Shown here piece after piece: positions 1 to 8,428 of a stretch of 64,000 nt of DNA. Made by a program: the position numbers and the translations under genes. The stretch is from IMG/VR virus record IMGVR_UViG_3300030580_000287; one strand, written 5' to 3'. Source of the stretch: an uncultured virus (IMG/VR IMGVR_UViG_3300030580_000287) (lineage: Duplodnaviria; Heunggongvirae; Uroviricota; Caudoviricetes). A model generated the notes under the pieces. The model saw only the letters and a program-made list of their open reading frames with translations. It ran no database searches and had not been told where the DNA came from. Positions within the stretch are counted from its first letter, which is position 1. Each line of letters opens with the position of its first letter.

Positions 1-1
1 T

Positions 2-208
2 GTTGGCTCCTACGCCCGCGACAAGTACATGACCGAGCACCAGCACGAAGTCACCCCTCACGGCAAAGACCCCTTCATCTCCTACACACCTGTTCTGCTG
101 AAGAAGGGCGCTGCACGCCTGTACGACCTGTACCTGGCCGGCGAGCTGCCCATGAAGAAGACCTGGGACGGCCTGTTCACCCACGACAAAGCATTGAGGG
201 CTGCGTAA
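2..208 (+). CDS. C-terminal part of a Rha/antirepressor-type phage protein (partial)
   Basis: Open frame from window edge, VGSYARDKYMTEHQ...LYLAGELPMKKTWDG...; TAA overlaps next ATG; position upstream of replication gene. Confidence 0.55.
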   Translation, partial: VGSYARDKYMTEHQHEVTPHGKDPFISYTPVLLKKGAARLYDLYLAGELPMKKTWDGLFTHDKALRAA

Positions 209-1176
209 TGGCCAGAGCACGCAACATCAAGCCCGGCCTGTTCAGCAATGAGCTGCTCGTGGAGCTTCCAGCATTTGACCGCCTGGCCTTCATTGGCCTG
301 TGGTGCCTGGCAGATCGGGAAGGGCGCCTCGAGGATCGCGTGAAGCGAATCAAGATCGAACTGTTCCCGTGCGATGACTATGACGTAGAGGCAGGATTGG
401 TACGCCTTGCTGCCGCCGGGTTCATTTCTCGCTACCAGGTGGCAGGCTTCTCGATCATCGAGATCATCAACTTCCAGAAACACCAGAGCCCGCACGGCTC
501 TGAAAAGGACAGCACACTCCCGGATATTAGCGGTTACCTCACTGTTTACGAACGGAAAAAGAACGTTGTAGTCGCAGGTTCTCAACGTAAGGTTCTCGTA
601 GGTTCACAGACTTTTAACGTTAAAGAACCGTTAGAGCCCGTTAACCCACCGTTCGATAACGCCCTGATTCCTGATTGTGGAATCCTGATTCCTGATTCTG
701 GATTCACTGATTCTCCGAATCAAGATCAACACCACTCTCTCAACGCGAGCGAAGAAAAACCGGATTCCAGCGGCGAGGCGGCCGGTGCCTTCGAAGGTTT
801 CAATGATCTTGAAGATGTGCCCGAAGAAGATGCGGAGCTTCCCGTCGACCCAAAGGCCCCGGTGGAGATGACCCTGGGCTGGATGCCTGACGCCAACCTC
901 CTGAAGACCTATGCCATTCACTACGGCGTATCCCCGGACCTCTTCACCAAGGAGGCAGTAGCGCCATTCACCGCTCACCATGAAACCGATGGCGCCCTGA
1001 ATACCCAAGCCAAATGGGTTTCCCTGCTGGTGAAGTGGGTCAAGAGCGACCTGACCCGGGCGAGCAATATCCGGCAATTCCCGAAGCCGCAAGCCATCTC
1101 CCGCCACACCCTGACCGAAAGCCGTGATTACAAAGCGGGCACCATGGAGAACGCCAATGGCACGTTCCGTCTCTAA
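208..1176 (+). CDS. Phage replication initiator (replisome organiser with DnaT-like C-terminal domain)
   Basis: MARARNIKPGLF...LWCLADREGRL N-terminus typical of phage initiators; upstream of DnaC-like loader; internal iteron-like repeats. Confidence 0.8.
   Translation: MARARNIKPGLFSNELLVELPAFDRLAFIGLWCLADREGRLEDRVKRIKIELFPCDDYDVEAGLVRLAAAGFISRYQVAGFSIIEIINFQKHQSPHGSEKDSTLPDISGYLTVYERKKNVVVAGSQRKVLVGSQTFNVKEPLEPVNPPFDNALIPDCGILIPDSGFTDSPNQDQHHSLNASEEKPDSSGEAAGAFEGFNDLEDVPEEDAELPVDPKAPVEMTLGWMPDANLLKTYAIHYGVSPDLFTKEAVAPFTAHHETDGALNTQAKWVSLLVKWVKSDLTRASNIRQFPKPQAISRHTLTESRDYKAGTMENANGTFRL
610..715 (+). repeat. Iteron-like repeats inside initiator gene (putative phage ori)
   Basis: (C)CTGATT repeated ~5 times at 663-712; CGTT(A) repeats at 618-653; lambdoid ori lies within the initiator gene. 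Confidence 0.55.
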
Positions 1177-1939
1177 CCTCGGTCCGCACCTGGATCGAAA
1201 GTTCGGTGTTATTGGCCGTCAGCCGGCGCGTTGTGACACCCACGGCGAATACTCGGCAGTGATGCTCAGGGCTGGCGGAGTATCTGGCTGCCCTATCTGC
1301 GCCAGTGACAAGCGCGACATGGAAGAGCTTGAGCGCAAGCGCTTTCAGTTCCGGACGCTGCAACACGATGCCGCCAAAATCCCCAAGCGTTTCGCTGACA
1401 AGTCATTCGCCAGCTTTGTGGTGTCTTCGCCGGCCCAGCAAGTCGCGCTGGACGCCTGCATGGACTACGTCGACAACTTCTCGAAACACAAGCGGGAAGG
1501 GCGATGCATGCTCCTTCTTGGCCGTGTCGGCACTGGTAAGACGCACCTGGCCACATCGGCAGCAAGCGTCCTGATCAACGAGCACATGGTCAAGGCGATC
1601 TACCGCACTGTCGGCTCCGTCATTGGCGACATCAAGGCGACCTTCAGTGACAAGTCGGGTGACTCCGAGGCTCACATCATGCGCGAGCTGATCGGTGCCG
1701 ATCTATTGGTGCTGGATGAAGTAGGTGCCACCAAGCAAAGCGAATTCGAACTGGCCACGCTGTTCAGCATCATCAACGGCCGCTACGAGCAAGGGCGCCC
1801 GATGATCATCGTCAGCAACCTTTCCCCATCTGAGCTGAACGACGCCCTTGGCGTGCGTTGTGTCGACCGTATCCGCGAGAACGGCTGCATTGGTGTGGCA
1901 TTTGAGTGGGAATCACAGCGCGGCAAGGAGGCCATCTGA
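1157..1939 (+). CDS. DnaC/IstB-like AAA+ helicase loader
   Basis: Walker A GRVGTGKT, Walker B LLVLDEVG, Zn motif C-x2-H...CPIC, IIVSN and DRIRE motifs. Confidence 0.9.
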   Translation: MARSVSNLGPHLDRKFGVIGRQPARCDTHGEYSAVMLRAGGVSGCPICASDKRDMEELERKRFQFRTLQHDAAKIPKRFADKSFASFVVSSPAQQVALDACMDYVDNFSKHKREGRCMLLLGRVGTGKTHLATSAASVLINEHMVKAIYRTVGSVIGDIKATFSDKSGDSEAHIMRELIGADLLVLDEVGATKQSEFELATLFSIINGRYEQGRPMIIVSNLSPSELNDALGVRCVDRIRENGCIGVAFEWESQRGKEAI

Positions 1940-2283
1940 TGGATATCGACAAGGAAAAACTGAAGGGGCTGCTGTGGGCCGAGACCGCTTCATGGAGCGC
2001 CGACTGCTCTGGGTGGAATCTCGCCTCCGAGGCGCTGGATGAATTCCTCGGTGAGAAGACCATCGAGGAGGTGGCGCTGGAGCTGCTGACCGAGAACGAG
2101 TCGCTGCGCAAGGATGCCGAGCGGTATCAGTGGCTGCGAAGCCGTGAAAGCGCAGAAGATCCTGAGATCAGCGTAACCCGATGGAATCAGATTTCCCCAG
2201 ATCGCGCTATGGGCGAAGCCCCTCGCCTCGAAGTCCTGGATGCAGCCATCGACGCCGCCATGGGCAAGGGAGGCGAAAAATAA
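1939..2283 (+). CDS. Hypothetical nin-region protein
   Basis: Coupled start/stop; KDAERYQWLR and LDAAIDAAM motifs common in phage small proteins. Confidence 0.7.
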   Translation: MDIDKEKLKGLLWAETASWSADCSGWNLASEALDEFLGEKTIEEVALELLTENESLRKDAERYQWLRSRESAEDPEISVTRWNQISPDRAMGEAPRLEVLDAAIDAAMGKGGEK

Positions 2284-2900
2284 TGAGCGCTCGTAGAAGC
2301 CTGATTTTCGGAATCGGTATCAATGATGCTGATTATGTCACCCGCGTAACCCAAGTGGTCGACGGCCGTCAGAAAACAACCTGGCGCTGCCCGTTTTATC
2401 AGACGTGGTCAAACATGCTTGAGCGCAGCTACTGCCCAAAATACAAGACCAGAAAGCCAACATATGCCAAGTGTGAGGTCGTCGCGGAGTGGCTGACGTT
2501 TTCAACCTTCAGGGCCTGGATGATCACTCAGGACTGGCAGGGTGCGCAGCTTGATAAGGATGTTTTGTTGCCGGGGAACAAGATTTACGGCCCTGACTTT
2601 TGCGTTTTCATCTCAGCAAAACTGAATTCATTTTTGGTCGGCCTCGAAACCTCAAGATCAAAGCTTCTGCCTGGTACTCACTTTCAGAAGAGCAGTGGAA
2701 TGTTCCAGGCCCAGTGCCGTAATCCATTCACTGGGAAGCAGGAGCATCTTGGATATTTCGTCAGTGAGCAGGAGTCCCACGATTCCTGGAGGCGGAGGAA
2801 GCAAGAGCTAGCTGAAATGTATGCAGTACTTCAGTCCGATCAGCGCATTGCGGCGGCACTCCGATCTAGATTTGCCAGTTGCACGGAGGTTGCGGCATGA
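2283..2900 (+). CDS. HNH-like endonuclease with AP2-type C-terminal DNA-binding domain
   Basis: YQTWSNMLER, LDKDVL...YGPDFCVFI; C-terminal FQAQCRNP...EHLGYF. Confidence 0.65.
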   Translation: MSARRSLIFGIGINDADYVTRVTQVVDGRQKTTWRCPFYQTWSNMLERSYCPKYKTRKPTYAKCEVVAEWLTFSTFRAWMITQDWQGAQLDKDVLLPGNKIYGPDFCVFISAKLNSFLVGLETSRSKLLPGTHFQKSSGMFQAQCRNPFTGKQEHLGYFVSEQESHDSWRRRKQELAEMYAVLQSDQRIAAALRSRFASCTEVAA

Positions 2901-3412
2901 CCAAGCCAGCCAAACCCCGCCCAATGCCCGTGTACCTGGTGCTGCGCCGTCTGGTCGATCCGGCTACTGGCAAGGAGGTGGCCGCTTTCGTGCCTTCCTC
3001 CGACGCTGATCGGTCGATACTTCGCGAGCGCGAATTCAAGATGAACGCGAAGATCCGCGCCGACCTCAAGCAGCCGCGCAACCCACGGTTCAACGGTTTG
3101 GTCCACGGCTTGGGCCGGGTGCTGAGCCAGAACATCGATCGGTTCTCCGGCAAGCAGTCCCACGATGCGATCAAGGCCCTGCAGCTGGAGTCGGGCGTGT
3201 ACTGCGACGAGGAGCTGTTCGACATCCCTGGCTTGGGCCAGCTCACCCGCAAGACACCCCGCAGCCTTTCCTACGACTCGATGGGGGAGGAGACATTCCA
3301 AGACTTCTGGCGTCAGTGCTGCGCATACCTGGTGCTGAATGACTGGCCGACGCTCACGGAAGAGCGACTGACCGAAATGGCAGAATTTGAAGCATTTAAG
3401 GAGGCCGTATGA
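2897..3412 (+). CDS. Nin-region protein (DUF1367-like)
   Basis: ATGA overlap; PRNPRFNGL and SLSYDSM..F..F motifs. Confidence 0.6.
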   Translation: MTKPAKPRPMPVYLVLRRLVDPATGKEVAAFVPSSDADRSILREREFKMNAKIRADLKQPRNPRFNGLVHGLGRVLSQNIDRFSGKQSHDAIKALQLESGVYCDEELFDIPGLGQLTRKTPRSLSYDSMGEETFQDFWRQCCAYLVLNDWPTLTEERLTEMAEFEAFKEAV

Positions 3413-3591
3413 GTCACGACAACGGACACGGAAGGCCTTGCCCTGACTGCGGCGAGCCAATGACCAACCTACCAAGCCTGAACATGCGCCAGTGCGCTAC
3501 AGGCTGCAAAGAGAAGTTCGACTGGAGGCTGGCCGAGGGGCAGGCGCCATTGTTCGGTAACAACCGGCAGAAAGCCAAGGAGGCTGTATGA
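3409..3591 (+). CDS. Small Zn-ribbon hypothetical protein
   Basis: CPDC...CATGC; AAGGAGG RBS; ATGA overlaps on both sides. Confidence 0.65.
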   Translation: MSHDNGHGRPCPDCGEPMTNLPSLNMRQCATGCKEKFDWRLAEGQAPLFGNNRQKAKEAV

Positions 3592-4217
3592 AGCGCACCC
3601 CACTACAGCGCAAGACCCCGCTCACGTCCGGTGGGCCACGCCGCAAGCGCTGCCCTGAGTGCCGAGTGATGTTCACGCGTTCCAGAGATTCGCAGGTCGT
3701 GTGCGGGGAGATCGAGTGCGCCATCGCTCACGGGAAGTCCGAGAAGGGTAAGGCGACCGCTCGCAAGGCCTTGGCTGATGTTGGTCGCCGCGATATCGAG
3801 GTGCGTAAGGAGAAGCTGAAGACCCGGGCCGAACATGCCAAAGAGGCCCAGTCGGTCATAAACCGCTACGTCAGGCTGCGTGACGCGCACCTGGGGTGCA
3901 TCAGCTGCGACAAGCCGGCGAGCTGGGGTGGTCAATGGCACTGTTCGCACTTCCGCAGTGTCGGCGCCGCGGCACATCTTCGCTTCAACCTTTGGAACAT
4001 GAACAAGTCTTGCTCCCAGTGTAATGCCCATTTGAGCGGAAACATCATGGTCTACCGGCCCCGCCTGGTCGAGAAGATCGGCGCCGAAAAGGTGGCATGG
4101 CTGGAGTGCAATCAGGATCTGGTCCGCCATGAAATATCTTACTTGAAGCGCCTGAAGGCGGTTTTCACAAAGAAGGCAAAACGCCTGGAGGCTCGAATCC
4201 AATGCAATGCAGCCTGA
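3588..4217 (+). CDS. ninG: NinG/Rap recombination endonuclease
   Basis: YVRLRD, CISC, HCSHFRSVGA, LRFNLWN, CSQCN motifs. Confidence 0.9.
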   Translation: MKRTPLQRKTPLTSGGPRRKRCPECRVMFTRSRDSQVVCGEIECAIAHGKSEKGKATARKALADVGRRDIEVRKEKLKTRAEHAKEAQSVINRYVRLRDAHLGCISCDKPASWGGQWHCSHFRSVGAAAHLRFNLWNMNKSCSQCNAHLSGNIMVYRPRLVEKIGAEKVAWLECNQDLVRHEISYLKRLKAVFTKKAKRLEARIQCNAA

Positions 4218-4564
4218 TCGAACCAATCAAAATTAATCCTTGCCCGTTCTGTGAGGGGCCTCCTTGCGTTCTGGCACGGAATGAAACTACCGGGTCGCTT
4301 GTGCATGAGGATCACAAGCTTGATCCGGACGCCGATGAGAAAGAGTACTTCGAAGCGTATGTCTGGTGTCACGACTGCGGTGCGCAAGGCCCGCACATAG
4401 ATACCTGCACGCTCTGCATCTTCGAAGACTTGATTGATCTTGAGGTCGCAGACCTGATGCGAATTGCCATAGAGCGGTGGAATGGCCGCCATAACAAAGC
4501 TCGCAACTGCTACGACGCAGGCGAAAAAGAAGGGTTGAACATCTGGCCGAGGGCAGAAGCATGA
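4202..4564 (+). CDS. Lar-family restriction alleviation-like protein
   Basis: PCPFCEG...CHDCGAQGP...AIERWN pattern. Confidence 0.65.
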   Translation: MQCSLIEPIKINPCPFCEGPPCVLARNETTGSLVHEDHKLDPDADEKEYFEAYVWCHDCGAQGPHIDTCTLCIFEDLIDLEVADLMRIAIERWNGRHNKARNCYDAGEKEGLNIWPRAEA

Positions 4565-5247
4565 AACTGATCAACGCAAGGCAGGTATGGACCGAAGCAC
4601 AGCACGAATCGAACGCGTCGATCAGCGCTGTAGCAATTGACAGAGCTGAGTCGGCACCAGTGAAGACCGGTGGGCGCATCGGCAAGCGTGACGCCCAGTT
4701 CCCGGCACTAGGTAGTGAGAAGGGAGAGGAGGCTGGGCGCTTCTCTGTCCCAGGGCAGCGAATCAGCATAAGCGAAACGCGGCGTACATCCGCTGGCAAG
4801 TCAACGGCCCGCGCTGCGCACCTGGCCACCATAGGTAAAGTACTCCGTGCCATCGACACGCTGCCGTTCCAGGTGCAGCAATTCGGTCACTACCTCTATC
4901 ACCCATGCATGACGATTGTGCACGTCCTCAACGCCGAAAAGTTGATCTGGGGTGACGTCGACTTCTCCGCACTGACTGATGCCAAAGCTGCGAAGGCGCA
5001 TTGCCTGATTACGTTTGCATTGCAGTCCTACAAGTTAGAGGCTCATGGCGGGGCTCAATGGGGTCCGGCCCGGGTGGCTGAAGGGATGCTCAAGATCTAC
5101 GGCGTAACCATCGAGCCCAAGCACTGGGATAGGGACTGGAAGGACGTGTGGGACTTCCTGCGCACAGCCATCAAGGAAGTGGATGATCAAGCTCAACAGC
5201 CTGTATGGCAGGTGATTTACGCGGAAAAAGAAGAAAGTGCAGCGTAA
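4561..5247 (+). CDS. Probable Q-like late antiterminator
   Basis: Last gene of nin region, immediately followed by a promoter/terminator pair; size fits. Confidence 0.6.
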   Translation: MKLINARQVWTEAQHESNASISAVAIDRAESAPVKTGGRIGKRDAQFPALGSEKGEEAGRFSVPGQRISISETRRTSAGKSTARAAHLATIGKVLRAIDTLPFQVQQFGHYLYHPCMTIVHVLNAEKLIWGDVDFSALTDAKAAKAHCLITFALQSYKLEAHGGAQWGPARVAEGMLKIYGVTIEPKHWDRDWKDVWDFLRTAIKEVDDQAQQPVWQVIYAEKEESAA

Positions 5248-5251
5248 TATG

Positions 5252-5280
5252 TTGACATGGTGGGGTTTTATGGGTACTTT
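5252..5280 (+). promoter_or_regulatory. Late promoter pR'-like (sigma70)
   Basis: TTGACA-17 bp-TACTTT directly after the Q-like gene. Confidence 0.75.
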
Positions 5281-5323
5281 TCCCATAGTGCACAAGTAAC
5301 GCGAAACACGCACGAAACCAAGA

Positions 5324-5347
5324 GCCCGGCCAAGCGCCGGGTTTTTT
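5324..5347 (+). terminator. tR'-like intrinsic terminator
   Basis: CCCGGC-caagc-GCCGGG followed by T6. Confidence 0.8.
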
Positions 5348-5523
5348 GCGTCCGCAGGAATGTAAAAGAGCCCGATAGAGCTGGGGACTTTTAGCGGACA
5401 TACCAAAAGAGATGGAACTCTAACGCTCAGTGAAGACGCCAAATCGCAGAGTTAGTCTGCGAGTAATTCCAGGCTCTTGTGCTGCGTAATATCTAAAGGA
5501 CTTATAGGAAAGAGGTATGTTCT

Positions 5524-6285
5524 ATGTTTACGATTGACTACAACTCTTATCGCACTCTGGAGCCTTACGGCAAACGTGTGCGCTTCTTGGTGTTGCATTA
5601 CACCGCTATGGATTTTTCTGGTTCGGTCAAGTCTCTGACCACCGGGGCTGCAAGTGCCCATTACCTAATCCCCGATCCGACTGATCCGAGCTACAAATCG
5701 GCGGGCTTTAAAGGGCAGAAAATTTTCAATTTGGTAGCCGAAGAGGATCGGGCGTGGCATGCAGGTGTTAGCCAGTGGGCCGGTCGCTCAGGCTTGAATG
5801 ACACCTCTATCGGTATCGAGATCGTCAATCAGGCCACGGACGTCGACGGCGTGTTCACTTTTCCAGATTATGAGGCTTCGCAAATCAAAGCTCTCAAGCA
5901 ACTGGTGAAGAACATCCTGCAGCGTTACCCGGACATGTCGCCGAAAAACGTGGTTGCCCATTCTGATATTTCGGTCGGTCGCAAATCAGACCCGGGCCCT
6001 AAGCTTCCCTGGAAAGACCTTGCTAAGGCTGGCATTGGTGCCTGGTACGATGATGCGGTGAAAGACAAATACCTCCAGCAATTCAGTTGCGGAATTCCCG
6101 AGCGAGAGCAAGTGATTCAGGCGTTTTCCCGCTATGGCTATGGCATTGAAACACCGGCCACTGATGCTTTTTTTAGTGCTTTGGTACGTGCTTTTCAACT
6201 GCACTTTCGCCCAGAAAACTATGATGGCGTACTTGATTCAGAAACCTGCGCGATCTTGTATGCGCTGAATGAAAAATACTCCTGA
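5524..6285 (+). CDS. ampDh3: N-acetylmuramoyl-L-alanine amidase, AmpDh3-like (Amidase_2 plus PG-binding domain)
   Basis: LVLHYT, SAHYLI, RAWHAG, SIGIEIVN, HSDI..RKSDPG; closely resembles P. aeruginosa AmpDh3 as recalled (TIDYNSYR..PYGKRVRFLVLHYTA...ILYALNEKY). Confidence 0.85.
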   Translation: MFTIDYNSYRTLEPYGKRVRFLVLHYTAMDFSGSVKSLTTGAASAHYLIPDPTDPSYKSAGFKGQKIFNLVAEEDRAWHAGVSQWAGRSGLNDTSIGIEIVNQATDVDGVFTFPDYEASQIKALKQLVKNILQRYPDMSPKNVVAHSDISVGRKSDPGPKLPWKDLAKAGIGAWYDDAVKDKYLQQFSCGIPEREQVIQAFSRYGYGIETPATDAFFSALVRAFQLHFRPENYDGVLDSETCAILYALNEKYS

Positions 6286-6300
6286 GCTTGTGCATCACAG

Positions 6301-6329
6301 AAAGCCCGGCCACTGTGTCGGGCTTTTTT
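6301..6329 (+). terminator. Intrinsic terminator after amidase
   Basis: AAAGCCCGGC...GTCGGGCTTTTTT. Confidence 0.8.
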
Positions 6330-6352
6330 GTGGGCGCAATGAAAGAATTCAC

Positions 6353-6544
6353 CTGTAGCCAGGACAGCCTTCGGGAAGGCCTGGACGTCGATAGCCGGAT
6401 AGTGCGACGTACGGAAATAACACCGGCAGCCCGCGCACCCTTGCTCCAACCATGCGCTGGGGTGGAGCGAGACTGGAATAGCGAGATCGATGCATTGGGG
6501 TGTCGACGCTGTAATTGTCTTTGGCTGACAGCGGGAAAGACCGC
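6353..6544 (+). ncRNA. Candidate structured ncRNA (family not recognised)
   Basis: Five nested helices plus a terminal hairpin found by eye; 8 GGA motifs; no convincing ORF. Confidence 0.5.
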
Positions 6545-6643
6545 GCACCTATTCAGGGCCTCGACATTGATCGGGGCCTTTTCGTTTTCGGCCCCACCAC
6601 GCCCATCGCCCTGAGCTGGGAGCGCTGCTGGGGCTGACTCACT

Positions 6644-6841
6644 TCATGCATGGCCAGCAGAGTCGATCAGATCATCATCTGAAGGTCTCTCATACAGCTC
6701 AGATTTAACGATAGGTACGTGTTTTGGTGCCGTTATGCCTAGGGACACATAACCACGATCAACCTTGGTCACTTTTATTTGGATCTCGTCGCCGATGTAT
6801 AGGCGCTTATTGAGCGTTCTGGTGATAACTAGCAATGGCAA
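6644..6841 (-). CDS. Divergent CsrA/RsmA-family protein
   Basis: LVITR...LYIGDEIQIKV...VSLGITAPKHVPIVKSELYER aligns to RsmA LILTR...MVGDDVTVTV...[21 protein letters not shown]. Confidence 0.8.
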   Translation of the reverse strand: MPLLVITRTLNKRLYIGDEIQIKVTKVDRGYVSLGITAPKHVPIVKSELYERPSDDDLIDSAGHA

Positions 6842-6995
6842 TGGATATCCCTTCTGATGAGCTCCTCATATCCATGGGATTAATTGCATGAATTTCGCTC
6901 AAATTCTGTAAGACGCTTCTGATTAATCTGCCGAAAAGTCTTATTCAATCCTTCGCTCCCTCACTGGGAGAACAGCAAGACACGGAGTACCACCA

Positions 6996-7370
6996 ATGGC
7001 CGAACCGAGTGCCGGTGTAATGGCAACAACGGCTGTTGTGGGTATTTCCACGGCAAGCCTGATCCCTGGCGTAGACGTGAACGCAGTAGTCGGTGGGTTC
7101 GCTGGCGCGATGTTCTTTGTGGTGTTCGCCAAGGACCTGACTGCCTGGGCTCGCCTTGGCTACTTCATTGCTTCATGGGTGCTGGGGTATTACGTGGCCA
7201 GTGAGGTAATCGACCGCAACTGGGCCAGTACATCCGGCTTGATCGCTTTCTTCGGTGCGTTGTTCTGCGTCGGGGTATGCATCAGCCTTCTGGAGTGGGT
7301 CCAGGGCGGGAAGGTGCCGGGATGGCTGCGGTTCTTCACTGATCGCTTTGGAGGTCGCCCTAATGGTTGA
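6996..7370 (+). CDS. Putative holin
   Basis: Small multi-TM protein at start of late operon; GGAG RBS. Confidence 0.75.
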   Translation: MAEPSAGVMATTAVVGISTASLIPGVDVNAVVGGFAGAMFFVVFAKDLTAWARLGYFIASWVLGYYVASEVIDRNWASTSGLIAFFGALFCVGVCISLLEWVQGGKVPGWLRFFTDRFGGRPNG

Positions 7371-7647
7371 TCCCTGGACTTTGATAGCGGGTGCGCTGTG
7401 TGGCGCTATCTGTTTCCGCATTGCTGTCTACCGCCGTGAAGGTGCTCGGTATCGCGCTGGCGTGTCGTGGCTGGCTTACTTGCTGGCTGTGGGTACCGGG
7501 TGTGAGTCATTGCTGATCACGCTGTCGGTGATGATGGCCAAGCCGGTACCCACCGTATCCCCGTTCCTGCTGATGGTGCTGATCGTTCTCCTGGTGCTGG
7601 TGTATCGAGCCCGGGGGAATGTTGCACGCATCCTGCGTATGGACTGA
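7363..7647 (+). CDS. Putative holin/antiholin (3-TM family)
   Basis: YRREGARYR..VSWLAYLL...RARGNVARI signature; overlaps previous gene. Confidence 0.75.
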   Translation: MVDPWTLIAGALCGAICFRIAVYRREGARYRAGVSWLAYLLAVGTGCESLLITLSVMMAKPVPTVSPFLLMVLIVLLVLVYRARGNVARILRMD

Positions 7648-7703
7648 TCCGCGCCACGTTTTCGAATGCGCCAAATCGTGGCGCGCAATCATGAGGGTTT
7701 GCG

Positions 7704-7991
7704 ATGAGCACCGGATATTCCAATCCAGTCTGTAAGGGTGCATGGCAGCTTGGCACGGCTTGCGGTATCTGTGAGCGCTGCGTAGCCAACAAGCCAGTGC
7801 CGGACAACGTAACTCGCCTGCGCCACGCACTTCCACTGGGTCAGGATATCAATGCTGCGGTAAGCGCTCTCGACAAGGCCATTGCTGATGGCGTAGACGC
7901 CGCCAAGGCCGCCGGACTTCCCCAAGGCCTGATCGTTGGATTGCTCCACGGTCACGCGCATGCACAGACACACCAAATGGTGACCGAATGA
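7704..7991 (+). CDS. Hypothetical protein
   Basis: Cys-rich N-terminus; DAAKAAGLPQGLIVGLLHGHAH; ATGA overlap with next gene. Confidence 0.6.
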   Translation: MSTGYSNPVCKGAWQLGTACGICERCVANKPVPDNVTRLRHALPLGQDINAAVSALDKAIADGVDAAKAAGLPQGLIVGLLHGHAHAQTHQMVTE

Positions 7992-8419
7992 CGACCATTG
8001 CCTACAAAGACGGCGTGATCGCCTATGACTCCCAGGTAACCCGTGGTGATGTGATCACCTACGACGATTACGAAAAATGCCTTGAGCGCAACGGGGTGAA
8101 GTTCTTCTGCTCCGGCGCGGTCGCTGACTATCAGCGCCTGGTTGATGCTTATTTCGGTGCAAAGCCTGAAGGCAACATCGACGTTACGGCCATTGTGCTG
8201 GACGGTGAGCAGTTGATGCTGGTTGCCGTGGATGACACTACAGGCCTGTGGAAGTCGCCGATCATGTTGGATCGCCCCTACGCCATTGGTAGCGGTACGC
8301 CCTACGCGTTCGCCGCAATGGACATGGGCGCCAGTGCTTATAAGGCGGTAGAGATGGCTTCCAAGCGCGACACCAGCACCGGCGGCAAGATCCGCAGAGT
8401 GTTCATCAAGAAAGACTAA
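7988..8419 (+). CDS. HslV/proteasome-beta-like Ntn hydrolase
   Basis: N-terminal MTTIA...IAYDSQVT, K at ~position 30, SG..AD, AIGSG, RDTSTGG. Confidence 0.7.
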   Translation: MTTIAYKDGVIAYDSQVTRGDVITYDDYEKCLERNGVKFFCSGAVADYQRLVDAYFGAKPEGNIDVTAIVLDGEQLMLVAVDDTTGLWKSPIMLDRPYAIGSGTPYAFAAMDMGASAYKAVEMASKRDTSTGGKIRRVFIKKD

Positions 8420-8428
8420 GGATTCCCC

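Noticed and set aside
6854..6940. Hammerhead ribozyme core CTGATGAG...CGAAA
   Set aside because: GAAA is ~70 nt away and I could not find supporting stems
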